NCBI GenBank assembly: GCA_965208615.1
Contig: CBDBPB010000001.1
Location: 288,001-352,000 of the forward strand
Direction of reading: 5' to 3'
From: Spirochaetota bacterium
GTDB taxonomy: Bacteria; Spirochaetota; UBA6919; CBDBPB01
Length of the DNA: 64,000 nt
The stretch's first letter is position 1; each line of letters opens with the position of its first letter. Below are positions 29,177-39,480 of this stretch, piece after piece. The position numbers and the translations under genes are program-made. The notes under the pieces were generated by a model. That model was not told the DNA's origin. It worked only from the letters and a program-made list of their open reading frames with translations, and ran no database searches.

Positions 29177-30445
29177 ATGATTCGTTTTATGATTTATTTT
29201 ATGTTTAGCATAATATTTATTTTTTTAATTAATCCTCCATCATTTTCGTTAGTATTTAAATATAAGAGTAAAAAAGGGGATGAATACAACTTAAGAACAT
29301 TTTCTACACAAGAAGTTCTTGTTAATAACGTTTTGATAATTAAAGTCGACCAAAAATATGAAGGACTATTAAACGTAAATAAAACTACTAATGCAATGTC
29401 CGAAATTAATGGCAATTATAACTACTATAGCCGTCCATATGGATCAACCTCTCCATATACGCTTAAGAACAGACATAATACAAAAACACGCTTTAAACAA
29501 TATATAGATGGAAAAATAGAGCTTGATAAACAATATTATTATCCCGTTGTAAGAGGAATACCAACCTTCCCCAAAAAAGACATTAAAATAGGCGACTCAT
29601 GGATAAATAACGCCAAAGAAGTACAAGACTTAAAAAAGCTAAATATATCAAAGCCTTACTCCATACCCTTAACAGTTAGATATAAATATTTAAGAGATGA
29701 CCAGTTTAGAGGTAAGGACTGTGCAGTATTCAGCGTTCTTTATACAATTAATCAAAATAATAAACTTATAATAGCTAAAACTAGAAGCCTATTCCCTACA
29801 AGGGTAGCTGGCTATTTTAACGGTATATATTATTGGGACAAAAAAAATGGTATACCAATTTATTATGAAGGCAAATACTATTTTATATACATACTAGCAA
29901 ATGGACAGGTTAGAGAGTTTAGAGGTGTTGATTATGGCGATATTATAAAAAAACCTTCTAAAACAAAGAGTAAGCCTAAAAAGCCTAAATCCATAGAAAA
30001 GGATATTAAAAAACAATTAAAAAAGTCAAAGCTTAACTTCCCAGTAAAAAAAAGTGAAAAAGGTATATCCATTAATCTTGGTGAACTGCTTTTTGACTTT
30101 AACTCAACCAAGCTAAAACAAAATACCATAACTAACCTTGATAAGCTGGCTAAAATATTAATGAAATATGACCACTTACAACTAACAGTAGAAGGACATA
30201 CAGACTCAATAGGAACTGACGAATATAACCTTAAGTTTTCTAAACTAAGAGCTAAAAAAGTAATGGATTACCTCATACAAAAAGGCATCTTGCCCAATAG
30301 AATTAAATATAAAGGCTTTGGAGAACATAAACCTATAACATCTAATAAAAGTATACGGGACAGGGCTAAAAATAGGCGGGTAGAAATCATTATCCAAAAT
30401 GATAAAACATCTATAAAAAATAACAATAAATCGGATAATAAATAA
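29177..30445 (+). CDS. OmpA-family protein (spirochete-type N-terminal domain)
   Basis: Signal peptide; YPVVRGIPTFP; LLFDFNS, VEGHTD, S..RA..V..YL, NRRVEI; AGGAGG RBS. Confidence 0.9.
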   Translation: MIRFMIYFMFSIIFIFLINPPSFSLVFKYKSKKGDEYNLRTFSTQEVLVNNVLIIKVDQKYEGLLNVNKTTNAMSEINGNYNYYSRPYGSTSPYTLKNRHNTKTRFKQYIDGKIELDKQYYYPVVRGIPTFPKKDIKIGDSWINNAKEVQDLKKLNISKPYSIPLTVRYKYLRDDQFRGKDCAVFSVLYTINQNNKLIIAKTRSLFPTRVAGYFNGIYYWDKKNGIPIYYEGKYYFIYILANGQVREFRGVDYGDIIKKPSKTKSKPKKPKSIEKDIKKQLKKSKLNFPVKKSEKGISINLGELLFDFNSTKLKQNTITNLDKLAKILMKYDHLQLTVEGHTDSIGTDEYNLKFSKLRAKKVMDYLIQKGILPNRIKYKGFGEHKPITSNKSIRDRAKNRRVEIIIQNDKTSIKNNNKSDNK

Positions 30446-30446
30446 A

Positions 30447-31196
30447 TTATATCATCTGTATGCCGCCGTTCACTTGGGCATAAGTACCAGTAATAAACTT
30501 AGAGTGATCACAGGCTATCATTAAAACAGCTCCAGCAATATCATCTGGTAAAGCGTTACGCCTTAAAGGAATCATATCCGCAATAGCCTTTTTTTGAACA
30601 TCGTTCAAAAAGCTGGTGGCATCAGTCAATGTTAAACCTGGTGCAACCACATTTACCCTAATCCCATTAGGACCCAGTTCAAGAGCTAATGATTTTCCAA
30701 AAGCATCCAAAGCAGACTTTGCCACACTATGAACAGAAAAGCCATCACCAGGAAAACGGGATAGTGAACTGGATATAATAATAATATTCCCCTTTTTTCT
30801 ATCTACCATAGATGGTATAACAGCTTTACAAGGAAAAAATACTGCCCTAATCTCATCAACAAGCTTAGACTCAAAACTATCCCATGGATACTCCACAAAA
30901 GGAAGTACCTTAAAATTAATACTGGCATTTAAAACCATAATATCAATGGCATTAAAATGACCCTCTGTTTTTTCTATAAGCTTTATAACCTCAGCCTTAC
31001 TTCTAACATCGGCCTGAATAGCTATTGCCTTTCCGCCATCCTTGTTAATGTCAGTAACAACCCTCTCAGCCTTATCCTTATTGCTTTTATAGTTTACTAC
31101 AACCCTTGCACCCTCTTTTGCAAATAGTTTGGCTATAGCCTCTCCAATACCCCTACTAGCCCCAGTAACAAGAGCTACCTTACCCTTTAACAACAT
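30447..31196 (-). CDS. SDR family oxidoreductase (FabG-like)
   Basis: VTGASRGIG, IRVNVVAPG, ITG....VNGG; catalytic YxxxK appears as HxxxK. Confidence 0.9.
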   Translation of the reverse strand: MLLKGKVALVTGASRGIGEAIAKLFAKEGARVVVNYKSNKDKAERVVTDINKDGGKAIAIQADVRSKAEVIKLIEKTEGHFNAIDIMVLNASINFKVLPFVEYPWDSFESKLVDEIRAVFFPCKAVIPSMVDRKKGNIIIISSSLSRFPGDGFSVHSVAKSALDAFGKSLALELGPNGIRVNVVAPGLTLTDATSFLNDVQKKAIADMIPLRRNALPDDIAGAVLMIACDHSKFITGTYAQVNGGIQMI

Positions 31197-31275
31197 AACT
31201 CCCCCATAAGAAATTAATTATAACTTCCGCTATAAAAATAGCATCCAAAAATAAAAGTATAATATCCTTTATAAA

Positions 31276-31674
31276 CTACTTCTTATTGTAAGTAATAACT
31301 CCAAAAATAGCACCCTGAGGATCCTGTATAAAACAAAACCTACCAACATCTTGTATATCAGTTAGGGGTAATATTACCTTTCCACCTAGGTCTTTAGCCT
31401 TTTTTGCAACATCATCAACATTATCCACCGTAATATAGGATGACCACATAGGTGGTACTCCCTCTGGCGTATTAGGAGGCATTTTCATAATACCGCCAAC
31501 ACCATGACCATTTATATTTACTACGTGATAGTTTAGATTAGGCTGTTGAGAATCAGAATATTTTTTAATATCCCAATTTAAAAGTTTACCATAAAACTTA
31601 ACCGCCCCATCTACATCAGTTGTACTAAGCTCTGTCCAACTAAAAGCACCATGAGTCTCAAAAAGATTATCCAT
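31276..31674 (-). CDS. VOC/glyoxalase family protein
   Basis: WTELST.D...A.KFY..L..W, VGGIM, YITVDNVD, GRF..IQDPQGA. Confidence 0.92.
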   Translation of the reverse strand: MDNLFETHGAFSWTELSTTDVDGAVKFYGKLLNWDIKKYSDSQQPNLNYHVVNINGHGVGGIMKMPPNTPEGVPPMWSSYITVDNVDDVAKKAKDLGGKVILPLTDIQDVGRFCFIQDPQGAIFGVITYNKK

Positions 31675-31751
31675 GTTTTCTCCTTGCTATACTTTATCTT
31701 AAAGTATAATAACCCATAATTACAAAACAAAGTTGCTTTTAACAAAAAAAA

Positions 31752-32513
31752 CTAATTAATAAGATAAGCTCCTAGCTCATCATAACTATTAGCCGTAAAA
31801 TGAGGAATCTCGTCATCAGAATTAGACTCTCTATAACTAATGTTAAAACGCCTAATGTGAGATAAATAAACTTCATGCTCGTAACTAATTACATAACCAT
31901 TCATCTTTTTGTCAAGATCAAGCTTTAGGTGAATAGCAGTCATACCAATAGACTTAGATGGAGCAATATCATTATCCAGCCTATCACCCACCATAATAGA
32001 CCTGCCTGGATCAGTATTAGCCTCTTTTAATGCCCAGTTGAAAAGTCCTATATCTGGCTTGCTTATCCCCAAACTGTCAGATAACGCTATAACCTTAAAA
32101 TATTTAACTAAGTCATGCTTTTTAAGAACGTCGTAACACTCAACAGGTTGATTCGCAATAATCCCAAGGTTATATTTACTATATGCACGCTTTATAAAGG
32201 ATTTTGCCTTTGGTATAATAGGATTAAGATCATACCACATAGAGTGTATATGAGAAAATATAGTATTACGAATTAGCTTTTCTTCATCATAAGAACAATA
32301 ATTAAGAACCAAATCCCTAGGAAGACGCTTATTAGAATTAATAAAAAACTCATCCCTCTTGTTAAGCAGGTCATTAAATGTAATGTTAATACCTCTTTTT
32401 ACTAACTCTTCATGAATAAGCTTATAAGAATAAGCTACACCAGGATCATCATTTAGTATAACATTACCCACATCAAGGAATAACCATTTTCTATTATGCA
32501 AACTATTACCCAA
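31752..32513 (-). CDS. HAD family hydrolase
   Basis: FLDVGNV, IIANQ, KPD, MVGDRLDND. Confidence 0.88.
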   Translation of the reverse strand: MGNSLHNRKWLFLDVGNVILNDDPGVAYSYKLIHEELVKRGINITFNDLLNKRDEFFINSNKRLPRDLVLNYCSYDEEKLIRNTIFSHIHSMWYDLNPIIPKAKSFIKRAYSKYNLGIIANQPVECYDVLKKHDLVKYFKVIALSDSLGISKPDIGLFNWALKEANTDPGRSIMVGDRLDNDIAPSKSIGMTAIHLKLDLDKKMNGYVISYEHEVYLSHIRRFNISYRESNSDDEIPHFTANSYDELGAYLIN

Positions 32514-32556
32514 AACTCCAGCCTTTTTATAAGGGCTTAACCTTATTTAGCAAATA

Positions 32557-33054
32557 TTATCTATAATTTTCAAAATCTATATGGATACCAAAATCCTTAT
32601 CCTTAAGCTTGGCCATTATATCCTGAAGATCATCTTTTTTTCTTCCAGTAACCCTAACCTGTAAATCCTGTATTTGAGACTGAACCCTTATTTTACTATC
32701 CTTTATAAATTTAACAATTTCCTTACACTTATCTTTATTAATACCCGATTGCAATTCAATCTTTTGCCTAATCATCCCATGAGATGCACTCTCCTCCTTG
32801 TTATAAATAAGTGCCTTAAGAGGAACCTTTCTTTTTACCAGCTTTGCCTTTAGTATATCAACTATACTCTTAAGCTTAAAATCGTTATCAGCCAAAAGAT
32901 TAATACAGTTATCCTTCTGATTAAGGGTAATATCACTCTTACTGCCCTTAAAGTCATATCTTTGAGCCATCTCCTTTTGAGACTGATTAACCGCATTCAT
33001 AACCTCGTTCATATCCACTTGGGATATAATGTCAAATGAAAAAGTCTGTGCCAT
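32557..33054 (-). CDS. yajQ: YajQ family nucleotide/c-di-GMP-binding protein
   Basis: SFDIIS.VD..EV.NAVNQ, RYDFKG, RVTG.KKDDLQ, F.NYR. Confidence 0.95.
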   Translation of the reverse strand: MAQTFSFDIISQVDMNEVMNAVNQSQKEMAQRYDFKGSKSDITLNQKDNCINLLADNDFKLKSIVDILKAKLVKRKVPLKALIYNKEESASHGMIRQKIELQSGINKDKCKEIVKFIKDSKIRVQSQIQDLQVRVTGRKKDDLQDIMAKLKDKDFGIHIDFENYR

Positions 33055-33139
33055 ATTATTTATACCCTGTTTTCTATTAGCAATTTGCCTGACTAAAAAT
33101 AAAAAGATTAATAAACTACTCCATCATATTTACAAAAAC

Positions 33140-33982
33140 CTAACTAGTATATTTATGCAAACTTGGTCCTGGTAAATACTGCATGCCCAAATAAGTAAAA
33201 AGAATAGCTAAAAACCCTATGATAATAACAATAGCTAACTTTTTATCATCCCATATATACTTTAAATGAAAATATCCCACAAAAGCAAACCATGATACTA
33301 ATGCCCAATTTTCTTTTGAATCCCATCCCCAATAGTTAGACCATGCCTCCTGACCCCACCATGAACCTATTAATAATCCCAAAGTTAAAAATAAAAAACC
33401 AAACTTGCTAACAGAAAAAGCATAAGAACTAAAATTAACAGACTTCTGTCCACTCATAAGCCAATACCAACTAACATCCCTTGGAAATATTAAATATAAA
33501 ATCGCAGACAAAAAAGCTATAAAAAATGCTCCATAGCCCATAACATAACTAAGTACATGAGGTATAAAAAGTGGACTCTGTAAAGCCGCCATAAGAGGTA
33601 ATGCCTCTACATCCCTCTTGGATACCGCAAATAAAAAGGTTAATAGTATACCAAGACTAACAAACACTCCAAGAAGTCTAACTTTAAAAATTAACTCAGC
33701 AATAATATATATAAGAGCAGTTGCCCATGTTATAAATATAGTTGCCTCATACCAAGTCTTAAAAGGCTCTCTACCTGTTGTTATCCACCTATCAACAATT
33801 AGCCATGTATCAATAATAAAAGCCAATATCAATAAAAAAGTAGTAAGGAAAAACATAAGTAAAGACTTATCCACAAGCCTTTTACTAAAAACTAATGCCA
33901 CTATATATCCCAAAAAAGCTACAACAAAAGCTAATAGAGTTAACTTAGCTAATATAGGTAAATAATATATCTGCTCTATCAT
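33140..33982 (-). CDS. ccsA: Cytochrome c biogenesis protein CcsA (system II)
   Basis: ALQS....HV, GSWWGQEAWSNYWGWDSKENW (WWD motif), C-terminal SLH.Y. Confidence 0.93.
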   Translation of the reverse strand: MIEQIYYLPILAKLTLLAFVVAFLGYIVALVFSKRLVDKSLLMFFLTTFLLILAFIIDTWLIVDRWITTGREPFKTWYEATIFITWATALIYIIAELIFKVRLLGVFVSLGILLTFLFAVSKRDVEALPLMAALQSPLFIPHVLSYVMGYGAFFIAFLSAILYLIFPRDVSWYWLMSGQKSVNFSSYAFSVSKFGFLFLTLGLLIGSWWGQEAWSNYWGWDSKENWALVSWFAFVGYFHLKYIWDDKKLAIVIIIGFLAILFTYLGMQYLPGPSLHKYTS

Positions 33983-33999
33983 AATATACTCCTAACTAC

Positions 34000-36456
34000 T
34001 TAATTAGAACTATTTAAGCCATTCTTTGGCTTTATGTATAACGTTATAAAAACTCCAATCAATAATACCACAAAGCCAAAATATACAATGTATAATCCAG
34101 GCTCATAAGTAATACCAATCCCAGAATAATATGGATTTTGTTCACTGGCATTAGTTTGATAAAAACGATAACCATTATACTTCATATACTCATTGACCCT
34201 AATAACCTGAGTTTTACTAGCCCTATTAACTTTTTTATCCTCGAATATCGATAAGGTACTCTGCCAATACTTTGTAGTGGACTGCTTTGACGAATCAAGA
34301 TATAAAATATAGTCAGAATTAGGCAGTGAATACCTATATGAACCAGTGTTATCCCTTATATTCGGTAGATAAACTAATTTATCTAATCCCCCAGTCTTTA
34401 CCTCCAGCAATACAAGTGGATTACGCTGATACGGCAAAGCATTAGCTGGAAAAGGATATACCTGCTTAATATCATTATACATTTTTATAAAAGTGTATGA
34501 GGCTTTACTATCCCCAAAAATATAAGGCTTATTAAATTCAATATCCTCAACCTTCAAAGTCTTATTCAATATGCTATATATTTTTCTATCCTTTCCAGCA
34601 ATGACAACCTTATTCATTTGCTTGGAGTCATAAGAATACTTAAACCCTAAATCCGGTAAAATCTTTTTAAGCTTATCCGGTAATGGAAAGTCATAATTCT
34701 CAAATAACATAAACTTAATATCTTCTTTATCCCCCAAAAGACTAAGCTCAACAACAGGATTAATAGGATTAGATAAATCATTAACAATAACCTTTTCTTT
34801 AATATAAAAATGCTTATAAAACTTGTCTAACCTTATTTTATATGGAGAATTATCCACCTTATGAACATCACCAGGCTTAAAAAATGTTTTTATAGTGTTT
34901 TTATCCCCATTAACTAGCTTAATATAATGCTTAGACTGCTTTTTAGCCCGCTTTACTTTATACAATAATTTATTAGCATCCTTTTTAGAAAAACTCCATA
35001 TCAAGTTAATCTTAGTCCCATTAGTAGGATCTTTGTGATTATAATTATGCCTAAACAAAATGGTATTATTCACCTTTCCAGAGGACATACTAGCAAATAA
35101 TCCTGGATTTATAACGTCTATATTAGCGGATAAAATATCATCAGGAATAGAACTTAATATCTGAGCAACATCAAGACTCAAAAGCTCATCTTTATAAATA
35201 TCTTTTTTAAGTATATATCCACTGTTAACTCTTTTATATGCACTTAATAAAAGGTTTTTATCATTATCACTTTTAACCCTAGGTAAAAGCTCTTTCTCAA
35301 AGGAATGCTTAGACAGCCTATTAGGAAAATTAATATAGTTAATATAAAAATCAGGAATATATTTTACAATTTTATAAGATATATCCTCGCCGTAAACCTT
35401 TTGACTATTACCAATACCTAATGGAATAGCAACAAGAACCTCATTCTTAGAACGCTTTTTAACTGCCTTCTTACCAGATGGAGTCTCTACTTCAATTTCT
35501 TTATGCCCCTGATTAACCTTAGCTAAATATATATGAAAATCAGGATCGTATTTCTTAGTTTCAAACTTATCCAATTTAAGATAAAAATCTAACTTTTTCT
35601 TTTTCCTACCCATAAAATCAGCCTTATAAAGCTCAACCCTATCGCTATACTTGTTAAGCTCAAGGTGAATAACTCCCTTAAAGCCCAAAAGAAAGTCTAG
35701 CCAAGCTCCCATAACAATAATTATTAGCGAAATATGAAGAAGATGAAATCCAGTAAAACGCCAGTTAAAGGGCTTAGTTAGAATAATCCTAATAAGACTA
35801 ACTAATAAAAAAACATATAAAACAGTATAAGGTCCACTATGATAAAAGTCATGAAGCCCTAAATAAATAATTATCTTACTCGCCAATGCACCAAACATAC
35901 TAACAGATGGCGAAGATAAACTAAAAATAACGGATAAACATAAAAATAAACCAAAACCTAAAATTAAATAAGTAAATACCCTCTTATACCTAAACTTGAA
36001 AATAATCCTAACTAAAAGGTATACCAATATAAGTATGACGAATACAATGGCAAATTTATACCAAGAATTGCCCATAAACGTAAAAAAAGAAACTGAAAAA
36101 TTATTATAATAAATATCCTCTTTAACGCTGGCATTAAATGTATTCCACTGAGGTAAAAAAGTACCTATCATGGTAGTAATAACTAGAAAAAAAACATTCA
36201 TTACTGCAAAATAATATGTAGTCATTAGGTTTTTAATGTGCTTGTAGGTTATAGCGATAAAAATTAAAGCTATTAATAATGATAACGCTATAACAATTGG
36301 ATATCCAAAGCTATAACCCTCCATTGAAAGCCACTTTCCAAAACCAATTACTTTATGTATTATAAAACCTACAAACATACCAGCAAGTAATAATATTCCA
36401 GATTTAACAAATAATGACAACTCAATTGATTTATTTTGTATTTTCTTAGCTTCCAT
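34000..36456 (-). CDS. resB: Cytochrome c biogenesis protein ResB/CcsB
   Basis: IGTFLPQ, GFHLLHIS, large periplasmic domain, IRVNE...Y.GYRFYQ, EPG..IVYFG; adjacent to ccsA. Confidence 0.88.
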   Translation of the reverse strand: MEAKKIQNKSIELSLFVKSGILLLAGMFVGFIIHKVIGFGKWLSMEGYSFGYPIVIALSLLIALIFIAITYKHIKNLMTTYYFAVMNVFFLVITTMIGTFLPQWNTFNASVKEDIYYNNFSVSFFTFMGNSWYKFAIVFVILILVYLLVRIIFKFRYKRVFTYLILGFGLFLCLSVIFSLSSPSVSMFGALASKIIIYLGLHDFYHSGPYTVLYVFLLVSLIRIILTKPFNWRFTGFHLLHISLIIIVMGAWLDFLLGFKGVIHLELNKYSDRVELYKADFMGRKKKKLDFYLKLDKFETKKYDPDFHIYLAKVNQGHKEIEVETPSGKKAVKKRSKNEVLVAIPLGIGNSQKVYGEDISYKIVKYIPDFYINYINFPNRLSKHSFEKELLPRVKSDNDKNLLLSAYKRVNSGYILKKDIYKDELLSLDVAQILSSIPDDILSANIDVINPGLFASMSSGKVNNTILFRHNYNHKDPTNGTKINLIWSFSKKDANKLLYKVKRAKKQSKHYIKLVNGDKNTIKTFFKPGDVHKVDNSPYKIRLDKFYKHFYIKEKVIVNDLSNPINPVVELSLLGDKEDIKFMLFENYDFPLPDKLKKILPDLGFKYSYDSKQMNKVVIAGKDRKIYSILNKTLKVEDIEFNKPYIFGDSKASYTFIKMYNDIKQVYPFPANALPYQRNPLVLLEVKTGGLDKLVYLPNIRDNTGSYRYSLPNSDYILYLDSSKQSTTKYWQSTLSIFEDKKVNRASKTQVIRVNEYMKYNGYRFYQTNASEQNPYYSGIGITYEPGLYIVYFGFVVLLIGVFITLYIKPKNGLNSSN

Positions 36457-36525
36457 ATTAAAACCTTTATATTTATAAAGTTAGTTATAGCAAGTAGTTT
36501 ACAATGTATTAGCTTTAGGACGAAG

Positions 36526-36801
36526 TTAGTATAGTTTTCTATTTTGAGTTAGCTTACATAAAAACTCTGACTTTTTATGCTTTTTAAGCCTTTTTATTTT
36601 ATATTCAAGCTTATATGCCTCTTTTTTACTAAGCATATCATAAAAAGCAATAAGCTTAACAGGCAGTCTATAACGAGTATATTTAGCTCCTAATCCGTTA
36701 TTATGGTCTTTTATCCTTTTATTAATGTTTTTAGTTACCCCGCAATAATAAGTCTCATCCGCACAATAAACTAAATAAACACCCCAGTCTTTTTCAGACA
36801 T
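36526..36801 (-). CDS. GIY-YIG nuclease (UPF0213/YazA-like)
   Basis: VYLV.CADETYYCG.T..I.KR...HN.G.GAKYTR, A.KLE..IK. Confidence 0.92.
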   Translation of the reverse strand: MSEKDWGVYLVYCADETYYCGVTKNINKRIKDHNNGLGAKYTRYRLPVKLIAFYDMLSKKEAYKLEYKIKRLKKHKKSEFLCKLTQNRKLY

Positions 36802-36944
36802 CTATATACCCTTAGTTAACCTAACTAATTGCTTTCTACATAATAAGTACAACTATAACATCCCAATATAATTTAACTAATTTAAACTAAAAAACATAGC
36901 ACTTTTTATCCCATCAACGCTATCCTTATAAAAAAACCTAAAAC

Positions 36945-37592
36945 TCACTCATCACTATACTCCTTTATATCTATCTTTGGTCCAAGATGTTTAGGTTTAT
37001 GATTAAATATATGTAGCTCAAAATATGCCTTTATCCTAGCTAAAAACTCTCTTGCCTTATTTAAATAATGAGCATCATAAATACGCTTATCCGCTGGTAT
37101 ACCATAAACATTAAGCCCAAGATGGCGTGCTATATATATAGCCCTGTCAAGGTGGAACTTTTGTGTTATAACATAAAAAGACCCTAAACCAAAAATAGCT
37201 TTTGCCCTATATAAACTATCATAAGTTCTAAGACCAGCATGATCTAAAAATATATCCCTATCCAAAACACCTTTAGATAAAGCATAGTTTTTCATGGCAT
37301 TAACCTCATCATAATCCACTTTGTGATGAGCACCAGAAAATAATAACTTTGATACCACAGCTTTTTTATATAACTCTATCCCCAAATCAACCCTGTCCCT
37401 AAGAATAGTGGATAACTTACCATCCTTATATACTCTTGCACCGAGTACTAAAACAACATAACGCTTATCAATATTATCAATATTATTAATCCAATAAGGT
37501 CTGGCAAACTTAACCATAGCACTGCTTATGTATAAAGCAATACTCAAACCCACAACAAATAAAACTACAACTAAAATAAATATCCTAAGCAT
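36945..37592 (-). CDS. sanA: SanA/YdcF (DUF218) family protein
   Basis: VLGA, L.DR, SG, YDEV.AM, DHAGLRTYDS..RA, TQ.FHL.RA, RE.LAR. Confidence 0.88.
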   Translation of the reverse strand: MLRIFILVVVLFVVGLSIALYISSAMVKFARPYWINNIDNIDKRYVVLVLGARVYKDGKLSTILRDRVDLGIELYKKAVVSKLLFSGAHHKVDYDEVNAMKNYALSKGVLDRDIFLDHAGLRTYDSLYRAKAIFGLGSFYVITQKFHLDRAIYIARHLGLNVYGIPADKRIYDAHYLNKAREFLARIKAYFELHIFNHKPKHLGPKIDIKEYSDE

Positions 37593-37611
37593 GTTAACCT
37601 AAAAACAACTA

Positions 37612-37645
37612 CTAAATAAAATACCCCAGCATAAAAGCTGAGGTA
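37612..37645 (-). terminator. Rho-independent terminator downstream of soeC
   Basis: TACCTCAGC-TTTTAT-GCTGGGGTA followed by TTTTTATTT on the minus strand. Confidence 0.7.
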
Positions 37646-37725
37646 AAGATAATTAATAATAAAAAACTATACTCTTGAAGGAGATAAATATAATAATAAC
37701 CCATAACAACTATTTTTAAATATAG

Positions 37726-38736
37726 CTAAGGTATGGGAGTACCTCTTTTTGCCTTTGTCAAAATAGGATTCTTAATAGCCTTTACCCTAAAATTATTATA
37801 GTACAAGTTTTGTAAGTGATTGCCCTCAATAAAAAATAAACGCCTATCCCATAAAAAACCAAAAATCACTAATACCATAACAACTAAACTCAAAACTAAA
37901 TCAATAAAACTATAAACCCTGTTATAGCCTATGAAAAGCCAAATAAACAACGGTACTACAAATGCAAATACTATAACTAACCTCTCCTGCATAACCTTAT
38001 TATCTGCCTTATAAAAATATTCTTTTGTATTATAGTTATCATAAGCACATCCAGTATCCATTAAACGTATGTCATGATCGTTTATCCCAAGGGCATTCCT
38101 CAAAGTGGATGACTCATAAGCATTGTTAATATATTTATAAGACATTAGCTTAACAACTAATGCAAATAATGTAAGCAATATCAAAAATATGACTAGACCA
38201 TCAATAATAAAAACCATATCACCACGTAAAAATAACAAGGCTAAACTATAAGCTATAGCAGTCCCACCCAGTATACCGGATAATATAAAGTTAACCAAAG
38301 TATATATATTTGCCCACTCCTTTATATAACTAATGGCAACATACAACATGGATGAGGCTATCAAAAAGCCAAAACTAACAATAACGCCTAAAAACCCAAG
38401 TAATAAAAGCTTTTCGTAAGAAGCATTAAAATAAAACATAACTAAATATATAAAAGTTATACTAATTGCCCCCCCTAGGTGCATAGCCTCTCTGGATAAC
38501 CATGATTGTCTAATCATCCTAATTGCCTTCCATCCACGCTTTGGATTACCAAGATGAAATATACTGGCAATACCGCCTAAGCCCTGAAATAATAGAGAAC
38601 TCAATAATAAACTATATATGTATATCCTCGGCATAGTGTTAGCAAAAAGACCCTCTAATACAATAGTCAAAATGAATATCCCTTGACCTATTCCCCCCAA
38701 AACAGTTAATAAAACTAATGACATCTCTGGTCTCAT
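37726..38736 (-). CDS. soeC: Sulfite dehydrogenase membrane anchor (DmsC family)
   Basis: M.P..SLV.LT.L.G.GQG, S.FHLG.P.R.W, SWLSRE, RRLFF....H.QNLYY; third gene of the operon. Confidence 0.88.
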   Translation of the reverse strand: MRPEMSLVLLTVLGGIGQGIFILTIVLEGLFANTMPRIYIYSLLLSSLLFQGLGGIASIFHLGNPKRGWKAIRMIRQSWLSREAMHLGGAISITFIYLVMFYFNASYEKLLLLGFLGVIVSFGFLIASSMLYVAISYIKEWANIYTLVNFILSGILGGTAIAYSLALLFLRGDMVFIIDGLVIFLILLTLFALVVKLMSYKYINNAYESSTLRNALGINDHDIRLMDTGCAYDNYNTKEYFYKADNKVMQERLVIVFAFVVPLFIWLFIGYNRVYSFIDLVLSLVVMVLVIFGFLWDRRLFFIEGNHLQNLYYNNFRVKAIKNPILTKAKRGTPIP

Positions 38737-38751
38737 ATAGCCTCCTATAAA

Positions 38752-39480
38752 CTAAGTGCTGGCAATATCCTCAGCAATAGTCTCTTTGTACGATATAATA
38801 GACTTCTCAGTCTTAACCTTAATATGTTTTCTACTTCTAACATCATCCCTATCGACCTTCATCTCAATCTTTCTCTTGGGTAAATAGTGGTTTGACGGTT
38901 CAGCAGCAGACTTAGGCATAAGTTTATAACCCATACCATCCCTAATCCTTTTTGAGGCCTCACTATTAGGATCATCAATATCACCAAATACCCTTGCCCT
39001 AGTAGGACAAGCTAAAACACATGCAGGCTTTCTCTCTTCATGAGGTAAATTATCATTATATATTCTGTCAATGCAAAGAGTACACTTTTTCATAACCCCC
39101 TCAAACTCGTCATACTCCCTACAGCCATAAGGACAAGCCCATGAACAATACTTACAACCAATACAATCATCATAATTAACTAAAACAACCCCATCCTCCT
39201 CACGCTTATAAGAGGCTGATGTAGGGCATACCTTAACACATGGGGCATCCTTACAGTGCATACAGGACTTGGGTAAATACATAATCTCAGTATTAGGGTA
39301 TTTACCAATCTCATAAGTCTGAACCCTGTTAAACCATACCCCGTCAGGACACTCACCATAAGGATTATTATCAGTAAGAGGTCCAGCACTCCCTTGAGTA
39401 TTCCACGACTTACAGTTGGTAGCACAGGCATGACATCCCACACAACTGTTTAAATCTATCACTAACGCTAATTGACTCAT
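38752..39480 (-). CDS. soeB: Sulfite dehydrogenase 4Fe-4S subunit
   Basis: LVIDL..CVGCHAC...CK.WN, FNRVQTYE, PKSCMHC...PC..VCPT, KKCTLC.DRI. Confidence 0.92.
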   Translation of the reverse strand: MSQLALVIDLNSCVGCHACATNCKSWNTQGSAGPLTDNNPYGECPDGVWFNRVQTYEIGKYPNTEIMYLPKSCMHCKDAPCVKVCPTSASYKREEDGVVLVNYDDCIGCKYCSWACPYGCREYDEFEGVMKKCTLCIDRIYNDNLPHEERKPACVLACPTRARVFGDIDDPNSEASKRIRDGMGYKLMPKSAAEPSNHYLPKRKIEMKVDRDDVRSRKHIKVKTEKSIISYKETIAEDIAST